Source of the DNA: an uncultured Candidatus Binatia bacterium
Lineage (GTDB): Bacteria; Desulfobacterota; Binatia; UBA9968; CAXXLF01
Assembly: GCA_965218425.1 (NCBI GenBank)
Contig: OZ244621.1
Location: 1,792,001-1,856,000, forward strand
Length of the DNA stretch: 64,000 nucleotides
Reading direction: 5' to 3'
Shown: positions 60,756-64,000 of the stretch, piece after piece
Layout: each line of letters starts with the position of its first letter
Position numbering within the stretch: the first letter of the stretch is position 1
Made by a program: the position numbers and the translations under genes
The notes under the pieces: model-generated
What the model was told of the DNA's origin: nothing
The model's input: only the letters and a program-made list of their open reading frames with translations
The model's database searches: none

Positions 60756-61361
60756 ATGATTTTGACGAAGCGGCAAAAAGAGATCCTTGATTACGTGTCC
60801 ACCTATACGGGACGAAATGGATACGCTCCGACCCTGGCGGAGATCGGGGCTCGCTTTGGCCTGACCTCCTTGGCCACGGTTCACAAGCATCTCACGAACT
60901 TGGAGGGAAAACGGCTGATCCGGAGGCATCGCAACCGGAGCCGGGCTGTGGAAGTGATCAGCGATACGCGGAGAAAAAGAGGTTCCGTGGAAGTTCCCCT
61001 GCTGGGAATGGTTGCGGCGGGGGCGCCCATTGAAGCCGTGGAGATAGCTGATAACCTTGCGGTCCCTGACGAATTGGTCCGGGGGGATAACGTGTTTTTG
61101 CTTAAGGTCAAAGGCGATTCCATGATCGATGAACAGATCCTGGACGGTGACCTCATCCTTGTGCAGGCCCGGGCTGACGCTGAAAATGGGGAGACAGTGG
61201 TTGCGCTTGTGAACGGGGGCTCTACGGTCAAGAAGTTCTACCGAGAGGATGGAGGTAGAATCCGATTGCAACCGGCCAATGAGAGAGTAGGACCCATATG
61301 GGTGTCCGAGGGCGGGGTGGAGATCCGTGGCGTGGTGGTAGCCGTCATTCGAAAGTACTAG
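60756..61361 (+). CDS. lexA: SOS repressor LexA
   Basis: LT.RQ.EIL..., PT..EI, VAAG cleavage site, GDSM (Ser) and TVKK (Lys). Confidence 0.95.
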   Translation: MILTKRQKEILDYVSTYTGRNGYAPTLAEIGARFGLTSLATVHKHLTNLEGKRLIRRHRNRSRAVEVISDTRRKRGSVEVPLLGMVAAGAPIEAVEIADNLAVPDELVRGDNVFLLKVKGDSMIDEQILDGDLILVQARADAENGETVVALVNGGSTVKKFYREDGGRIRLQPANERVGPIWVSEGGVEIRGVVVAVIRKY

Positions 61362-61533
61362 GCCATAGCAACATCACGATTTCGGCTCGGAAATTAACGG
61401 AAAGTGACGCCGTGACGCCAAGAAAGGCCGATAAATCCACCGTCTCAATAAGCTTCCTGCGTGGCGAGGGCCGAAAAATTCTCCGCCCTCCCATAGGTTA
61501 TTTTTGATCGCTCCTTCCCCAGGACACTGAACG

Positions 61534-63582
61534 ATGCCATCGAACAAGCTTATTCATGAGACCAGCCCCTATCTCCTGCAGCATGCACACAACCCCGTCC
61601 ATTGGTATCCCTGGGGGGACGAGGCCTTTGAGTTGGCGAGGAAAGAGAATAAGCCCGTCCTCCTCAGCATTGGCTATTCCGCCTGCCATTGGTGTCATGT
61701 CATGGAACATGAATCCTTTGAAAATGAAGAAATCGCCGCTTTGATGAACGAGCAATTTGTAAATATCAAGGTGGATCGTGAGGAGAGGCCCGACCTAGAC
61801 GAAATCTACATGAACGCGGTGCAGATGCTTACAGGTCGTGGCGGATGGCCCATGACCATGTTCCTTACACCGGAACGAAAGCCCTTTTTCGGCGGCACCT
61901 ACTTCCCGCCGCAAGACCGCCACGGTGTCCATGGGTTTCCGAAGGTGTTAAATGCTGTGGCCCAGGCCTTTCGCGAGAGACCCGACCAAGTAGCCAGGAG
62001 CGTCCAACAGATCATCGATGGCCTTAACCGGCTCAGCAATTTGACCGCGAGCGAGCGTTCTTTTTCCTTTGACACCGTGCTTGGAAGCGCCGAGGCTCTC
62101 TCCCAGTCATACGATCATGACCATGGCGGGCTTGGGCGAGCTCCCAAGTTTCCCAATGCGGGAGTTTTGGAGCTCTTTCTCCGACACCATAAACACTCGG
62201 GCGAACGCCGTTTCCTGGAAATGGTCACTCACACCCTGACCCGGATGGCCCAGGGAGGTGTCTATGACCATCTGGGGGGAGGTTTTCACCGTTACTCGGT
62301 GGACGAAAAATGGTTGGTGCCTCATTTTGAAAAGATGCTCTATGACAACGCCCAGCTTCTAGGCATTTATGCGGATGCCTTTCGTGTAACCGGCGATCCC
62401 CTCCTAAAGCAGGTGGTGGAAGAGACGGTGGATTATCTTTTGCGCGAAATGTTGCACCCAGAGGGTGGTTTTTATTCTACCCAGGATGCTGACAGTGAAG
62501 GGGAAGAGGGCAAGTATTTCGCGTGGGAGAGAGCGGAGGTGATGGCTATCCTTGGCGACGAGGAGGGTAAGATCTTTTGCCGGGTCTATGATGTCGGCGA
62601 GGTTGGGAATTTTGAGGGGAAAAACATCCTTCACCCCACGCTGTCATTGGAGCAGGCGGCAAGGTTGTTTAAGAAAGACCCTGCCGATGTCCATAGGATT
62701 TTGGAACAGTCCCGGGGGAAACTCCTTGGGATGCGAGAAAAGCGAGTGAAACCATTCCGTGATGAAAAGATATTAACCTCATGGAATGGGTTGATGCTTT
62801 CCGGGATTGCCGCGGCTTCTAAGGTCACGGACCATGGAAAGATGCGAGAGGCCGCAGAGGGAACCGTTGAATTTTTTTACAACAAGATGTTTCAAGGAGG
62901 GTTCCTTCTTCACACATACAAAGACGGTCAGGCCAAGCTCCGAGGTTATCTTGATGATTATGCCTTTTTCGCTTTAGGCCTATTGGACCTCTATGAGGCG
63001 CTCTACGAGGGAACCTTGTTACAGAGGGCCCAACGGCTGGCAGAGGTGATGATCCGGGAATTTTGGGACGATGACAATGGAGCTTTTTTCTATACGGGTC
63101 ACTCTCACGAACAACTCATCAGCCGCACCAAACCGGCCTTAGACGCTTCGGTGCCCTCAGGTAACTCGGTGGCGACGCAACTTCTGCTACGGCTCCATCA
63201 CTTTACGGGCAGAGAGGACTATTTGAACAAAGCGGAAAGGGTACTGCGTCTCTACTACGATGGAATGGAGAGCCAGCCCTTCGGTTTGACGGCCATGCTG
63301 TCCGCTTTGGATTTTTACGTGGAGGGACCAAAAGAGGTGGTCTTTGTGGGCGTGGCGCAGGACCAAGCCATGCGGGATTTGCTTGGGAAGTTCCAGTCCT
63401 TTTACCTCCCCAACAAGATCCTGCAGGTGGTGCAGCCTGGAAAGCCATTGGGAGAGATTTCCCCGCTACTGGAGGGCAAGACTCAGATTGATGGGAAGCC
63501 CACGGTCTATGTTTGCCAGCACTCCACCTGTTCCGCCCCCGTCACGGAATGGGAGCACCTTAAACGATTGATAGAAAGTTGA
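61534..63582 (+). CDS. Thioredoxin-domain YyaL/SSP411-family protein
   Basis: [28 protein letters not shown] and [11 protein letters not shown] motifs. Confidence 0.93.
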   Translation: MPSNKLIHETSPYLLQHAHNPVHWYPWGDEAFELARKENKPVLLSIGYSACHWCHVMEHESFENEEIAALMNEQFVNIKVDREERPDLDEIYMNAVQMLTGRGGWPMTMFLTPERKPFFGGTYFPPQDRHGVHGFPKVLNAVAQAFRERPDQVARSVQQIIDGLNRLSNLTASERSFSFDTVLGSAEALSQSYDHDHGGLGRAPKFPNAGVLELFLRHHKHSGERRFLEMVTHTLTRMAQGGVYDHLGGGFHRYSVDEKWLVPHFEKMLYDNAQLLGIYADAFRVTGDPLLKQVVEETVDYLLREMLHPEGGFYSTQDADSEGEEGKYFAWERAEVMAILGDEEGKIFCRVYDVGEVGNFEGKNILHPTLSLEQAARLFKKDPADVHRILEQSRGKLLGMREKRVKPFRDEKILTSWNGLMLSGIAAASKVTDHGKMREAAEGTVEFFYNKMFQGGFLLHTYKDGQAKLRGYLDDYAFFALGLLDLYEALYEGTLLQRAQRLAEVMIREFWDDDNGAFFYTGHSHEQLISRTKPALDASVPSGNSVATQLLLRLHHFTGREDYLNKAERVLRLYYDGMESQPFGLTAMLSALDFYVEGPKEVVFVGVAQDQAMRDLLGKFQSFYLPNKILQVVQPGKPLGEISPLLEGKTQIDGKPTVYVCQHSTCSAPVTEWEHLKRLIES

Positions 63583-63752
63583 GAATCCAGCTCATCCATC
63601 TCCATCCATAGGCTTCCAATTCAATACAGATTCGGGCCGTAAACTCGCGGATTCGATCGCGTCTGGACCGCCCATCATGGGCGCTGCCGTGGTCCTGATT
63701 GCACAAACTCCGGTTTCTTGACAAGAAGCGGGGAAAATGTTTTGGTTGCTTT

Positions 63753-63798
63753 CTCCGCCCGGCGCCTTCAGTGAATGAGCCGTGGGCGGAGGTTTTTT
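63753..63798 (+). terminator. Intrinsic terminator
   Basis: CTCCGCCC / GGGCGGAG stem followed by T6. Confidence 0.6.
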
Positions 63799-63832
63799 GT
63801 AGGGGAATAATACCAGCGGATGGGAGAGTTTC

Positions 63833-64000
63833 ATGGCTAGGATGTTTGTTGCGGGCGAGCTTCGGGATTCGAAAAGTGGTGAGGTCACCGAGATCAGAAA
63901 CCCCGCCACGGGTGAGGTGGTGGACGCCGTGCCGAAGGGAAACGCCCAGGATGTACGCGATGCGGTTGCCGCGGCCCACGAGGCCTTTAATGTTTGGTCG
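63833..64000 (+). CDS. Aldehyde dehydrogenase, N-terminus (partial)
   Basis: Translated by hand: MARMFVAGE...IRNPATGEVV..VP.G...DVRDAVAAAHEAF..WS. Confidence 0.85.
   Translation, partial: MARMFVAGELRDSKSGEVTEIRNPATGEVVDAVPKGNAQDVRDAVAAAHEAFNVWS

Noticed and set aside
63740..63800. Possible riboswitch before the aldehyde dehydrogenase
   Set aside because: No complete aptamer consensus; a simple terminator explains it.

Overview
Core-chromosome window (about 55% GC by eye) of a Gram-negative bacterium. The gene set suggests a deltaproteobacteria-like lineage such as Binatota, which is inference only. It contains: a probable replication origin between hemL and dnaN with no adjacent dnaA; the F0 half of the ATP synthase operon; moaB/D/E, eno, ftsB, pyrD, thiD, plsY, mltG, lexA, yacG, a lone lpxA and tRNA-Gly(CCC); a Na+-pumping acyl-CoA decarboxylase operon; and a metal-handling region at 2.3-16.4 kb with two ZnuA/TroA-type uptake systems. 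No prophage, integrase, transposase or CRISPR array was seen. The most interesting unannotated signals are: (1) a roughly 300-nt transcript at 40.2-40.5 kb with a consensus sigma70 promoter, two NrdR-like boxes, a 17-aa Lys/Ala micropeptide and long-range pseudoknot-like pairing around the ORF; (2) a HxHxH/CxC/RAPP leader peptide whose Ala-Pro-Pro codons are complementary to the Shine-Dalgarno of the downstream metal porin; (3) a NikR-headed metal ABC operon that continues into Cox11-like, DUF4382, SCO and VKOR genes, with candidate NikR boxes; (4) a family of highly structured intergenic elements at about 2.1, 20.8 and 41.6 kb. Several single-base frameshifts in short homopolymers may be assembly errors.
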